From Octopus vulgaris (Eukaryota): 64,000 nt of DNA. The DNA is taken from assembly GCA_951406725.2 (NCBI GenBank), contig OX597834.1, positions 39,990,001 to 40,054,000 of the forward strand. The letters are read 5' to 3'. Shown here one piece after another: positions 12,963 through 27,258 of this stretch; positions within the stretch are counted from its first letter, which is position 1, and each line of letters begins with the position of its first letter. The position numbers and the translations under genes are program-made. The notes under the pieces were generated by a model, which saw only the letters and a program-made list of their open reading frames with translations, searched no databases and was not told the origin of the DNA.

Positions 12963-13646
12963 GAGTATCGAGCTGACAATCATGAGGTTGTGAGCTCAAT
13001 TCCCAGAGCAGGCTGTGTGTTGTGTTCTTGAGCAAGACACTTTATTTCACGTTGCTCCAGTTCACTCAGCCGTAGAAATGAGTTGCAGCATCACTGGGGC
13101 CAAGCTGTATCGGCCCCTTTGCCTTTCCCTTGGATAACACTGCTGGCGTGGAGAGGGGAGGCTGGTATGCATAGGATCTCAATTCTGTTATGTGTGTGTA
13201 TGGGGGGGAGGTGGAGTATGTTTTTGTGCTCATGCATGTCCCCCCCAACTCATAACTTGACAACCAGTGTTGGTTTATTTATGTCCCAATCAGCCAAGGA
13301 GGCTGACATGATGAGAACAAGACTGAAAATTAAGTATTGGGATCAATTTGTTCAACTAGATCCTGCAAGGTGGTGCCCCAGCATGGCCACAGACCAATGA
13401 GTGCCACAAGGAAATGGATGGTGAACAAGAAGTTGCACAAGAGAGAGAGAGAGAGAGAGAGAAAAGAGAAGCAATTGCTTCTCCATAACTTAGCAGCTCA
13501 GCAAAAGAGACTGACAGAATAATGAAAAGGTTTAAAATTTTACTACTGAGGTTGATTATTTTAACTAAAATTCTTCAAGGCAGTGCCCCAGCATGGCCAA
13601 AGACCAATGACTGAAACAAACAAAAAAGAAAGAAAAAGAAGCAGAA

Positions 13647-13723
<77 letters not shown>

Positions 13724-13804
13724 GTAAAGGAGAAAAAGAAAGAAGAAAGAATAAGAGAGAGAGAGTCTGTGTCATTTGAATGAAAACAATGACTCCCAAT
13801 GAGC

Positions 13805-13840
<36 letters not shown>

Positions 13841-13846
13841 GTGTGT

Positions 13847-13883
<37 letters not shown>

Positions 13884-14438
13884 CGTGTGTATCCATTCAC
13901 AGTGAAACCTGTTGTAAAATGTAACATTATTTAGTATTTATGATTCCATTGAAAGAATTCAGTGAATTACTGACAAAATGGTATTTCAGAACAATTGTTT
14001 TCCATGGCAACAGAAAATATATCTGATCGATTGTGTCAGTCGATAGATTTCGTTTTATGATTAGGCGATGGGGGGGGGGTGACAGGGGGGGGGGGACAAG
14101 TTGTTTTTGTTTTATTTTGGTTTTCTTTAGTTTTTCATTTTTTTTTTGTTTGTTTGAAGAATAAAAACACACAGTTGCGATGACAATGACGATGACGACA
14201 TCCTGGCTGATGGCTTTGGAAAGAGTTAAAGAGCAAAGAGAGAGAGAGAGAGAGACGATTGTGGCCTGATGGTTAAGAAACTTGCCTCCCAGCCATGTGA
14301 GTTTGGGTTCAGTCCCAATGCTTGGCACCTTGGGGCTAGTATCTTCTATTTTAGCCCCAGGCCAACCAGAATTATTTTTGAGTGGACTTAGGAGACAGAA
14401 TCTGAAAGACGGCTTTTATGTGTTTGTGTATGTTTGTA

Positions 14439-14471
<33 letters not shown>

Positions 14472-14605
14472 ACGTGTGTATTTGTGTATGTGTGTGTGCC
14501 TCTGTGTGTGTGTGTGTGTGCCTGTTTGTATTTCTGTGTGTGTGTGTGCCTGTTTGTATTTCTGTGTGTGTGCGTGTGTGTGTGTGCCTGTGTGTGTATG
14601 TATGC

Positions 14606-14638
<33 letters not shown>

Positions 14639-14668
14639 TTGTCTTGACACAGTGTGATTACTGTAAAC

Positions 14669-14982
14669 CAGTGATTCCCAAATTTTTTCAGGCTGCTGCC
14701 CCCTTCACACCCAGACCACATTCCTAGTGCCCACACCCTAGCAAACCATCACAAATACAGACCTCTTTCTGAAGTAAATTCAAATTAATTCTATTTCAGA
14801 AATAAAACTTAACCTAATGAACCCATTATTTTGTCTTTACATGAATCACTACTTCATTATCGCTCCACATTTTTACATGAAAAGCGATCCCATTATTGCG
14901 CCACTTTTCTTCAACACTCCCCTCTCCCTGGTCCTTTACACCACCCCCAGGGGGACAATACTGCCCACGTTGGGAACCACTG
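14669..14982. mobile_element. hAT-type MITE with 8-bp TSD
   Basis: TIRs CAGTGATTCCCAA / TTGGGAACCACTG. TSD ctgtaaac (14661-14668) and ctgtaaat (14983-14990). CAG ends with an 8-bp TSD are typical of hAT elements. Confidence 0.85.
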
Positions 14983-15189
14983 CTGTAAATGAACGTCATT
15001 CGTTTTTAATATTCTTCTGAAAAGAGTCAGACCATGGGGAAATATTACCTCGTTTGGGAAGAGGTGAGGGTTAATGACAGGAAGTGAGGGTTAATGACAG
15101 CTGTAGAAGAAATACTTGTCTCAATAAACTTCGTCCAACTCATTCAAGCATGGGAAAGTGGACATCAAAATGATGATGATGATGATGAT

Positions 15190-15482
15190 TAAAGCACCCA
15201 CTACACTCACGGAGTGGTTGGCGTTAGGAAGGGCATCCAGCTGTAGAAGCACTGCCAGATCAGACTGGAGCCTGGTGCAGCCTCCACTGGCACCTGTGCC
15301 GGTGGCATGTAAAAAGCACCCACTACACTCATGGAGTGGTTGGCATTAGGAAGGGCATCCAGATGTAGAAACACTGCCAGATCAGACTGGAGCCTGGTGC
15401 AGCCTCCTGACTTCCCAGACCCCGGTCAAACCGTCCAACCCATGCTAGCATGGAAAACGGACGTTAAACGATGATGATGATC
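15190..15482 (+). mobile_element. (GAT)n-tailed retroposon (family C, possibly RTE-related) with internal duplication of about 122 bp
   Basis: aaagcacccactacactc...ggaagggcatccag occurs twice (15191, 15313), then cccatgctagcatggaaaacggacgttaaac(gat)n. Other copies near 5833, 18805, 27605, 29194, 34405, 42628, 44080 and 61685. Confidence 0.85.
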
Positions 15483-16367
15483 ATGATATAAGTGTGTGTG
15501 TGTGTTTGTGCATGTGTGCATGTATGTTTGTGCATGTGGGTGTATGTGAATATATGCATGCATGAGTGTGTATATGTGTGTATATATGCATGTATGTGTA
15601 TGCAGGTGTGTATGTGTGTCTGTATATGCGTGCATAAATATGTATGCGTTTGTGTCTGTGTATATTCATGCATGCACATATGCATTTATGTGTGTGCATA
15701 TGTGTATATATGTATGTGCACATATATGTGTACATGTATGTATGCATATATGTTTATGCTTGTGTGTGTATATTGATCATTTAGAAGTAAAAAAAAACAA
15801 CAACAAAAAACAAAAACAAAGAAACAAAAAAAAAACAGAAACAGAAGCTATTTGAATAGACTTTCTTCCATTATAACAACAGAATTCTTTCTTCTAGAAT
15901 ATCTTCCAGCTATATAACCACGTAACGCAGGATATATTTCTTATAATGAAGCCCGGCTAAAAGGAACCGAGAGAAATAAATTGGCGCTGGCAGAATCCCA
16001 AAGAGCCATTTACAATACGAAAGAGAAGAGGAGGAGGAAGAGGAGGAGGAGGAGGAACCAAAGCGGCGCAAAAAAAGAAACACAAAAAAACATACCAAAA
16101 CAAAATACTACAACTACTACTACAACTACTACTACCGATAATAATAATAATGATAATGATAATAATAATAGAAAGATGGTGGGGTGGTTGGGTGGGTGGA
16201 AACGAAGGCAGGAACATTACAAGCGGACCGTTTTCAGTCTTCAAGCTTTCTATTTGTAATAATAATTAGCTTGAAGATGTTTCCAAAGGTTACGCTGTTA
16301 CATCTGAAGCAGACTTTCCAAAGACAATTAGTATTTGAAGGGGGGGCATGGCTTCAAAATCACTCAC

Positions 16368-16424
16368 TTCCTGAATGGAATATTCCGACCGTAATTGGAA
16401 ACAATTTTGTGCAATTTCCCACAT
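16368..16424 (-). CDS. Candidate first coding micro-exon MWEIAQNCFQLRSEYSIQE
   Basis: aaaATG start, 19 open codons, GAA|GTGAGT consensus donor (phase 0), in a repeat-free island. No homology recognised. Confidence 0.3.
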
Positions 16425-17424
16425 TTTCACAGCTCGATGAAATAATATTGTTGTTGCTGTTGTTGTTGTTTTAGTGGGTTATTTTGTTGGGTTTTTTTTT
16501 TGTTTAATATGTATATATTTTGTTTTATTTTTAATTTTTTTCTTCTCTTTCTCTCTTTTTAATCTGTGTGAAAACTGAGTAGCAGCACCAAAAACAATCG
16601 CCTGCCCCCCCACCACCCCCACCAACGACAACAACATCCCCCCACCACCACCACCATCAACACCAACCAGTATCACAACCACCAATATCATACCACCGAT
16701 ATCACGCCACCACCACCACCATCACCCCAACAAGACTACCATACCCACCGCCACGACCACCAACAACAACATTACCCCCACCACCACCACCACCACCATC
16801 AACACCAACCAATATCATACCACCGATATCACTCCACCACCACCATCACCCCAACAACACTACCATACCCACCACCACCACCAATAGCACCAACATCAAC
16901 ACCACCACCAACAACAACAACAACAACAGATGTTGCTGACATTGTTTACAATGAAGACCAGAACAACAACTACAACAACAATACCATATAACAAAAAAAA
17001 AAAACAGGCAAAAAAAACAGACAAAAACCTACTGTGTGATGGAATGGCTTGTAATATGAATAAATAAATAAATAAAGTTACAAAAATACGGCTTTTTCCA
17101 TTTTTTCCATTTTTTATCTCATATTTTTCTCTCTATTTTTCGATCCATTTTATAATTATTATTTTTATATTTCATTATTTCCTTTGATAATTGCCAAAAT
17201 AAAAATAAACGAAAAAAAAAACCTCCATTGGCCCATCTCTTGATTCAACAATAAAATTCTTTTATGATCCGACAATAGGCTTTCTAAATAGCCGTCTAAC
17301 TTGCTCAATATAACAGCTAAATCTCCCTCCATGAATTCTCTAGATAGCATGAACATATTTTGGTACTGGAGGTCTTGATTTAATCAGTTTTCGCTCACCC
17401 AAACATAAATGGAAAAAGCTGTGC

Positions 17425-17716
17425 CAGACCAAAGTTTACGTTCATCAAATTTGTTGCCCCGTTAAATAAAAAACTAACAGGAAATTGTATTTTTCTGAAA
17501 CCATATACAGAAGGACTTTGCAAATCCAGTACCCAAGATACACTTTTAGATTCATATCTATTATTATTGGAGCAACAGGGTACATACCAACCCGTTTTGA
17601 GTAAAGTATAGCAGAACTTTGAGATCTTGAGGACAGAATGCAAATCCTTAATTCAGACACTAAAAATGATGGTGGTATCTGGGACTGCAAACATCTGTAA
17701 GACCTTAACATTTAAA
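17425..17716 (+). mobile_element. Decayed C-terminus of a restriction-like-endonuclease non-LTR retrotransposon
   Basis: YRRTLQIQYPRYTFRFISIIIGATGYIP from 17506; after stops and a frameshift, LIQTLKMMVVSGTANICKT. Resembles the PIIVGALG...GT tail of REL-type ORFs. Confidence 0.55.
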
Positions 17717-18074
17717 GAATGCTGGCTAAAACTTTGGTACCAAGGAGGTGACCAGTGAAAGTTTACTCTACATTAAAAGAGGAAAGTGAACATAGGTGCA
17801 GGAGTGGCTGTGTGGTAGGTAGTTTGCTTACAAACCACAAGGTTCCAGGTTCAGTCCCACTGCATGGCACCTTGGGCAAATATCGTCTGTTATGGTCTCA
17901 GGTTCCCCAATGCTACCAGAGTGACATTTAGTAAATTCTGTACCAAAGTGTGTTGTGTGTATATGTGTTTCATCATACATGTATACCTATATATGTGATG
18001 TGTGTGTATGTATACATATGAATGTGTATATACGTGTGTATGTATGCAATGCATGTGTGTGTGTATGTATGTTG

Positions 18075-18135
<61 letters not shown>

Positions 18136-18139
18136 TGTA

Positions 18140-18191
<52 letters not shown>

Positions 18192-18327
18192 ATACACAAA
18201 CATAGATGTAAGTATGTATATATCATCATCATTTAATGTCCGCCTTCTATGCTGACATAGGAGGGACATATGAATATACATATAGACACATATGTGCATG
18301 TGTGTATAATATATATACACACGCATA

Positions 18328-18361
<34 letters not shown>

Positions 18362-18503
18362 CCTTTGAACTTTACTAGTACAAGCCAAAAAAGCACACCT
18401 GCTGTAAAGTCAACACTGTGGAAAAATCACCCTGTCATTCTTTTCCTGGAAATTGTGTTTAGTTTTGATAATGTTGGTCTTCTAAAATAATTCCCTACTC
18501 AGG

Positions 18504-18534
<31 letters not shown>

Positions 18535-19170
18535 GTTGATAACCTGACTTTGTACTGAAATCTGTTTATGCTCAACACTATTGGTTAGTTTAAAATGGCA
18601 AGCTGGCAGAATCGTTAGCATGCCAGGCAAAATGCTTAGCGGAGTTTCATTCTTCTTTAAATTCTGAGTTCAAATTCCACCAAGGTCAATTGTGCTTATC
18701 CTCTTTTATAAACTAAATGCACCCTTTTAAAGCCTAGCCAGGCTCATGGGCCTGGCTTCCTGGTTTCAATGGCGTATGTGTTCCCCAGCTCGATGGGACG
18801 CCAGTCTGGCCCCTGTGCCGGTGGCATGTAAAAAGCACCCACTACACTCTCGGAGTGGTTGGCGTTAGGAAGGGCATCCAGCCGTAGAAACTCTGCCAGA
18901 TCAGACTGGAGTCTGGTTCGCCAGCCCTCAGTCAAATCGTCCAGCCCATGCCAGCAAGGAAAGCGGACGTTAAATGATGATGATATCACATGTAGTTGAG
19001 TGGTAATAAATTGGTTTCTTAAAAGTATGGTTCTAGGTTCAATCCTACTGCATGGTACTTTGGGCATCTGTCTTTTACTGTGTAGCCTTGTGGGTTTTGG
19101 AGACGGAAACTAGAAGCAGCTAGTCACATGTGTGTGAACATGTGTGCGTGTGTGTGTGTGTGTGTGTGTT

Positions 19171-19211
<41 letters not shown>

Positions 19212-20091
19212 TTGTGTGTGTGTGTGTGTATGTTTGTGGCTCCTTGACATTGTTTGATAACTGTAAATGGTCTGTCACTGTCACACAAACGGTGTGATTC
19301 ATTACCAAAATTCTGCACAAAACATGTCTGGGAAAATATTTCCTTGCTTGGAGCACGGAAAAATGGATGTGATGACGATGACGACAATGATGATGATGAT
19401 GAATCTATGGGGAAAGTAGAAATACAAATAACAAAAGAGAAAAAAAATAGAACAAAAAGTACAAGAGAAGTTCACAGTCAATAAGTACTGGGTTGGAGGT
19501 GAAGGAAGGAGAAAAAGTTCTAGAGGGAAAGTAAGAGAGAGAGAGGGAGAGAGACAGACAGACAGATAGACAAACAGACAGAAAGATAGATAGGGTTAAA
19601 GAGAGAGGGATAATGTTAGAGGGAGAAAGAGAGAGAGGGGGGCAGAGAGAGAGAGAAAGAGAGAGAGGGGAGAAAGAAAGAGAGAGAGGGGAGAAAGAGA
19701 GAGAGGGGAGAGAGAGAGAGAGACAGTCCTTTGTCAGATAATAGAGGGAAAAGTCCGGGAGTGATTGGGAAGAGAAGGAAGAGAAAAAAGGAGATAAAAA
19801 AAGAAGAAAACCAGAAAAAAAATACACACATGGGTTAGGCTCATATGTTTCACTTCTCATTCACTCATTCTGTATGTGTGTGTATACATACATATGTGTG
19901 TGTATATATATATGTGTGTGTGTGTGTATGTGTGTATGTGTACGTGTGTGCATGTATATATATGTATGTATGTTTGTATGTATGTATGTATCTGTGTGTG
20001 TGGGTTAAATGTATATATATGTGTGTTTGTATATATATATGTACATATATACATAAGTACGTGTATATATGTATACATATATATGTGTACA

Positions 20092-20126
<35 letters not shown>

Positions 20127-20144
20127 GTACATATATGTATATAT

Positions 20145-20360
20145 AGTTAAACCAAACATGAAAACACAAAGAGAAAACACAGCAAAGCGAGGACGTGGAA
20201 CAAGTATAGTATTATCGGACGCTCAGGAAAGGAAAGAAAGAAGGAGGATTTAATGTTTCGAGCGGAGCTCTTCGTCAGAAACATAGAAAAAGGAAAGGTC
20301 CAAGGAAGGGAAGACGGAGGGAAAAAAATCGCGAACGATACACACGCGGTCACATATTGA
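20145..20360 (-). mobile_element. Penelope-like fragment with best-preserved hammerhead-like core, copy 2
   Basis: The minus strand at 20278-20218 reads CTGACGA-A-GAGC-TCC-GCTC-GAAACATT...AGC-GTC. Inserted in a TA/TG tract. Confidence 0.6.
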
Positions 20361-21582
20361 ACTATGTATATGTATATGTGTGTGTGTGTGTGTGTGTATG
20401 TTTGTGTGTCTGTGTTTGTCCCCCTAGCATTGCTTGACAATCGATGATGGTGTGTTTATGTCCCCGTCACTTAGCGGTTCGGTGAAAGAGACCGATAGAA
20501 TAAGTGCTAGGCTTGCAAAGAATAAGTCCTGGGGTTAATATGCTTGACAAAATGTGGGTGCGTGTCACTCGTATGTGCAGCATGTGCAGGAAGAGAACCT
20601 GTTTGGCTTTGTAATTGGTTTACATGTATCTGGGTACACGTCAACACAACTATGTATGGATGAAGAGCTGTGTGTGTGTGTGTTTGTGAGTATTAGTGTG
20701 CATGCGCATGTGAGTGAGTGCATGCGCATGTGAGTGAGTGCATGCACATGTGAGTGAGTGCATGCGCGTGTGTCTGTGTGTGAGTGTGCATGTTTTTATG
20801 TGTGTGTGTGAGTGTGCATATGCATGTTTGTGTGTATGTGTGTGAGTGTGCATGTTTGTGTGAGTGCGTGTGTATTTGTGTGTGTGTGTGCCTATATTTG
20901 TTTGTGCATGCATGTATATGTGTATGTGCATGTGTATGTATTTATTTGTGTGTGTGCGTATGCACGTGTATCTATTTATGTAGCACACACACACATATGC
21001 TGTAAAGAGCACGAACCCTTTTCTCTACAATCCTTACATATATCCCCCCACACACACACACACACACACATACATACACACGCACTCTCCTCCTCTCTCA
21101 TATGCACATTCTTTCTCTTCATCCCTCTCTCTCATCTTCTTGCACACACACACACACACTTATACTCTCTCTCTCTGTCTCTCTCCCTCTCTCACACACA
21201 TCTCCCCTCTCTCCTTCTCTCTCCCATAGGATATCTGTGTGTGTCCCAAAGTGGACAGTCATGTGTTTGAGCCAATCCTGTAAGGAGAACAGGATATTAC
21301 AAGAGGGACAACAATACCAATTCTGATTGCTCTAGTTATGCTTGTTGGTGATGTGATGGTCATGATGGTGAGAATAAAAGAGAGAGACAAACGTTTGAAC
21401 TTTATGATAAGCAACAACAAAACACAATACAATACAACAAACACACAACAATATGCACGGCTAAAACAATACATAATACAAAACGAAAACAAAAACAAAA
21501 CTTATAAAATATTCTTTCCTACTCTAGGCACAAGGCCCGAAAATTATTTGGCGGGAGGAGCTAGTTAATTAGATCAACTTAT

Positions 21583-23160
<1,578 letters not shown>

Positions 23161-23376
23161 TATAAGGTGGTATGTATGTGTGGTTAAGAAGTTTGCTCCT
23201 CCATTTCATGTCTTTAGGTTCAGTCCCATAGTGTGATGCTGCCTTGTTGGAGTGAGTACCTTCTACTATATTCCCAGGCTGACCGACGACTTGTAAAGGA
23301 ATTTTGGAGATGGAAACTGAAACGACCCTGTGCTGCACAAACACAAACAAATGATGTGTATGTGTGTAGGGGGGAG

Positions 23377-23546
23377 GGTCCGATTTGAATTTTTTCTTCT
23401 ACGGAATGAAGAGCAAGCCTTCTTCTATCATACTCTCAAGTTTGGTCAGCTTGCGCCGCAGGGTCTCGGAGGAGATAGTGTTAGTTGAAGGCTACCAAAC
23501 CTGCCACACACACACAGACAACTTCAGCTTTATATATATAGAGAGA
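23377..23546 (-). mobile_element. Helitron-like family, 5' fragment
   Basis: Reverse-complement match to 3070-3230. Confidence 0.7.
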
Positions 23547-23730
23547 TTTTATGATTGTTGTCGTCGTACAGAACTAATTGACTTTTAAAGAAATAGCTTA
23601 ATGAGGCAAGGGAAGTAACTCAAAACATGCTCACCTGATCGAGTTAGTGATATAGAGTTATTTCCCTTGCACACCCAGGCAATCTGGTTTCTTTTAACCA
23701 GCCAGCATTTACAATTCTATCGTATTACAA

Positions 23731-23976
23731 TCTGTTGTGTCTGGGGAGAGTCATTTTCTTTTTGTGCCTTATACTTCAACTCACTCACAGGTAAAATTTC
23801 TACTTTTTTCTTATTTTTATTTTCCTAAAATTTTCGTTGCGTCTTGCAACCCTTTCAATAGTTGACGCAACGAAAATTTTAAGAAAATATAAATAAGAAA
23901 TAAGCGGAAATTTTACCGGTGAGTGTGTTGAATTATAAGGCACAAAAAGAAAATGACTCTCCCCAGACACAACAGA
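23731..23976. repeat. 113-bp inverted repeat with 20-nt spacer
   Basis: Arms at 23731-23843 and 23864-23976 are reverse complements with few mismatches. A single-arm copy lies at 41710-41848. Confidence 0.95.
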
Positions 23977-24012
23977 ATATGCTTCAACACACGAACTCAC
24001 GTAATATTTATA

Positions 24013-24683
24013 TATTGCTGCCATAATCCTTGCCCTCAGTTCGTCTTTGGTGTTATAGGGAGTTTTGTTGGTCTTTTGTTCAACTGCAATTGACTCATAA
24101 TAATCAAGGGGGTTGCAGTCTGGGGAGTTAGGTGACCAGATGTTAGGAGTGATGTCCTTGTTTGTCCCCTCTATGTTTAGCCCCTTGTGGGTAGTAAAGA
24201 AATAAGTGTGCTGTTACCAGACACAGAGTCTTCCAGCAGCCACCCCCTTGACCCTTTTCAGGCCAGCACTACCTTCGCCAGGCACATGATGTAGGCATCC
24301 GTGTTGAGTCTAAGGCCGTGTGGGAAGATGAATGGAGGCATAATGTCACCATCACCTAGTGATCACTCCAAACACCATGATGTTGACTGGATGTTTTCTT
24401 TTTATCACTCTTGGCACACATTTGGGGGGACACAGCAAGCCAACGATTGTTTTGTGTGGTCACCATCTGTCCATATTGGAGTTTCCAACACAAATGCCAA
24501 GTAGTGCAGCTTGTTGTTTCCAAATTTCTGGCAGAGTAAATTGCGTCGTGGTGCCTGTTTTTCTCACAGACGGTGCCCAACTGACCCTACTATACTGTGT
24601 AGTCAACAGAATCAAAAACAAGCAATGCTCATGTGCAAAATTAAGAAAATAAAATGGCGACAATTTACCCATCGCACCCTGTA
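24013..24683 (-). mobile_element. Deleted Tc1/mariner-superfamily transposon, maT/DD37D-like, transposase pseudogene
   Basis: Left end TA|CAGGGTGCGATGGG at 24683. Minus-strand peptides TQFTLPEIWKQQAALLGI, QMVTTQNNRWLAVSPQ, KHPVNIMVFGVIT, GDIMPPFIFPHGLRLNTDAY and ITPNIWSPNSPDCNPLDYY, with stops and frameshifts. A family B SINE tail at about 24155-24206 replaces the second catalytic D region, so the DD spacing cannot be counted. Confidence 0.85.
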
Positions 24684-24689
24684 CTTATA

Positions 24690-25092
24690 TATCCTTTACT
24701 TGTTTCATTTATTAGACTGTGCCCATGCTGGGGCACCACTTTATAGACTGTTTTAGTTAGATAAAGTGACCTCAGGACTTATTCCAATGGTTTCTGTTTC
24801 CAAAGTGCTAAGTTACCAGGATGTAAACACATCAGTACAAGATGTCACGCAGTAGTGCGGAACAAATACAGACACAAAGACACACACAGACATAAATACA
24901 TATATATATATATGTATGTGTGTGTGTGGGGGGGCTTCTTTTAGTTTTTATGTACCAAATCCATTCGATGGGCTTTGGTGAGCCTGAGGCTAGATTAGAA
25001 CACCCTTGCCAAAGGTGCCACACAGTGGGACTGAACACAGAACCATGTAGCTGGGAAGCAAGCTTCTTACCACACAGCCTTACCTGTGCCTA
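24690..25092 (-). mobile_element. SINE family A, full length
   Basis: Reverse complement of head, central microsatellite and tail. Confidence 0.85.
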
Positions 25093-25114
25093 AATACATA
25101 CATATATATATATA

Positions 25115-25545
25115 TTGAATAACACATCGGCCCAACTTGGATGTGTTTTTTATAATGCTTTGTCTGTAGTAATTGTCCTGAAAATCATTTTGCAATTTTG
25201 CATAGATGGCAAATGCTAAAAACCATTCAAATTCTATTATCAGTTGACAAAATTCCAGCAGTACACGAGCAGATGACGCTACCATGTCATGTAATTTCAC
25301 TCTATTGCAGATCATGCTCTCTTGCATTCAGCTTGGCTAGCTGCCACTGATGATCTGCAATATGTCGAAATCACGTGATACAATACAGCAGTGTCAACCA
25401 CCACTGACAGAATTTCATCAACTGATAATAGAGTTCAAATGCTTTTTAGCATTATTTGATTCACAAAATGATTTTTCAGGACATTTACAGCAGTCTAAGG
25501 TGTTATAAACAACATCCAAATTAAGTTGAGTGCGCTAATTAACAA
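25115..25545. mobile_element. Palindromic (fold-back) MITE, about 430 bp
   Basis: Nested inverted matches: 25212-25262 with 25403-25452, 25135-25195 with 25463-25522, and attgcagatca with tgatctgcaat at the centre. Confidence 0.75.
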
Positions 25546-25570
25546 TCATTATAAAAGCTGCTTCAGTTGC

Positions 25571-25623
<53 letters not shown>

Positions 25624-25853
25624 TATATATATATATATATATATTTGTGTATAGGTGCATGTGTTTGTTTGCTCGTTTTATGTCTGTTTTCTATGCCGGA
25701 ATGTGCTAGATGAATAGATTATTGTGGTATTATTTTACAGAGGGATGCCATTCCAGTTGCAAGGGGGAACAGAGTGACAGGAGTGATGGCAAAGAAGAGG
25801 ATAGAAAATTGATAGAGATAGTGCTACAAATGAGAAGTAGTAAAAGCAGGATC

Positions 25854-25884
<31 letters not shown>

Positions 25885-27039
25885 TAAATTAGGGATAAAT
25901 GACAGAGTGATGGACAGTTGTAGAAGTGGTCAGTGGTAAGAGTGTGTGAACTGAATTTCACTAATATTGTGTGTGTGTGTGTGTACACAACTTTAAACTG
26001 CATCCTGTAGCAGGGCTCTGGTTCATCTGTGTGCCAGTGTCTTGAGGAGTGTGGAACCACTTCTTAACCATTGCTGTTCCTGGGTCCGATCTGACTCAGA
26101 GTAGTAACACCTGTGAGGGGTTCCCGGTATGGGTTAATTAACATGGAATTTTCTCTATAGAAGGTCACTCACAAGCACCCCCAACAGACCCAGAGCTGAC
26201 GAGGCCCTTCAGCTCTCTAGCTATTCATGTAAGAGACTAACCCCATACAAATCCTGCATTGCATCCTGATAACTATTGTCTCATGGCACTTGTTACATTA
26301 GACAAATGTAAGTCTTAAGGATGAAAGAGTGGGGCTAGCGCTGCACAAACCATGCTCACTCTAATAAAAGTCATCATGTAGGTTATTTAGTTAATCAAGT
26401 CACCAGCACCAATGCCATTACACTTTCTTCAGAAGTTCAGTGCTGATAAGGAAAGGGGTAACAGGGACAGGTAGAGAATTATACTGGAAGTCTCAAGCTT
26501 TGGACCCACACACAGCAGTCATAGGACGATGGTCATTTCTCTGCGTTTTGCTAAACCCTCAGTCATGAAAGCAACAAAGGAATTCAAAAGGAAGTAACAG
26601 AGAGAAACATGTGTGTGTGTTTATATATTTGCACACACAAACACATACACACTATAAAACTGTCTACAGATATTTATTTGGAAGCATTTTAGCTATGAAA
26701 TTAAATCAATGTGTAAACATCCTGATACTCGCTTAAATAAAGAGATAACTCACTGGAAATTTTCTGATAAGTCTGTTTCAGAGATTATTGTCTTCCTTTC
26801 AGAAAAAAATGCATTTTTTAGCTATCCAGTGGGTTAGTAATTTGTATAGATATCTGTAGTAGCTTATCAGCTTATCTGAAGATAACATAAGTGTTCTCTG
26901 CTGATTTGACTATAATATCTATTTAATTAAACAGTATGCAGTAAATATTGTAAATATATACATTATAAGTATTGTAAATATACACTCAGACTATCCAAAG
27001 CTTTGTGAATGGATTCAGTAGCCAGAACCTCATCTTGTG

Positions 27040-27258
27040 ATGAGGCAAGTTGGCAGAAACGGTAGCACGCAGGGCAAAATGCCTAGAGGTATTTCACCTG
27101 TCTTTACCTTCTGAGTTCAAATTCTGCCAAGGTCGACTTTGCCTTTCATCCTTTCGGGGTCGATTAAATAAGTACCAGTTACGTACTGGGGTCGATGTAA
27201 TTGACTTAATCCCTTTGTCTATCCTTGTTTAGCCCCTTGTGGGCAATAAAGAAATAAA
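27040..27258 (+). mobile_element. SINE family B with perfect 14-bp TSD
   Basis: TSD aacctcatcttgtg at 27026-27039 and 27259-27272. Inserted inside a decayed family A copy. Confidence 0.92.

Noticed and set aside
23606-23670. 16-bp inverted repeat gcaagggaagtaactc / gagttatttcccttgc as a pre-miRNA
   Set aside because: The stem is too short and the loop too large; more likely a tiny MITE remnant.
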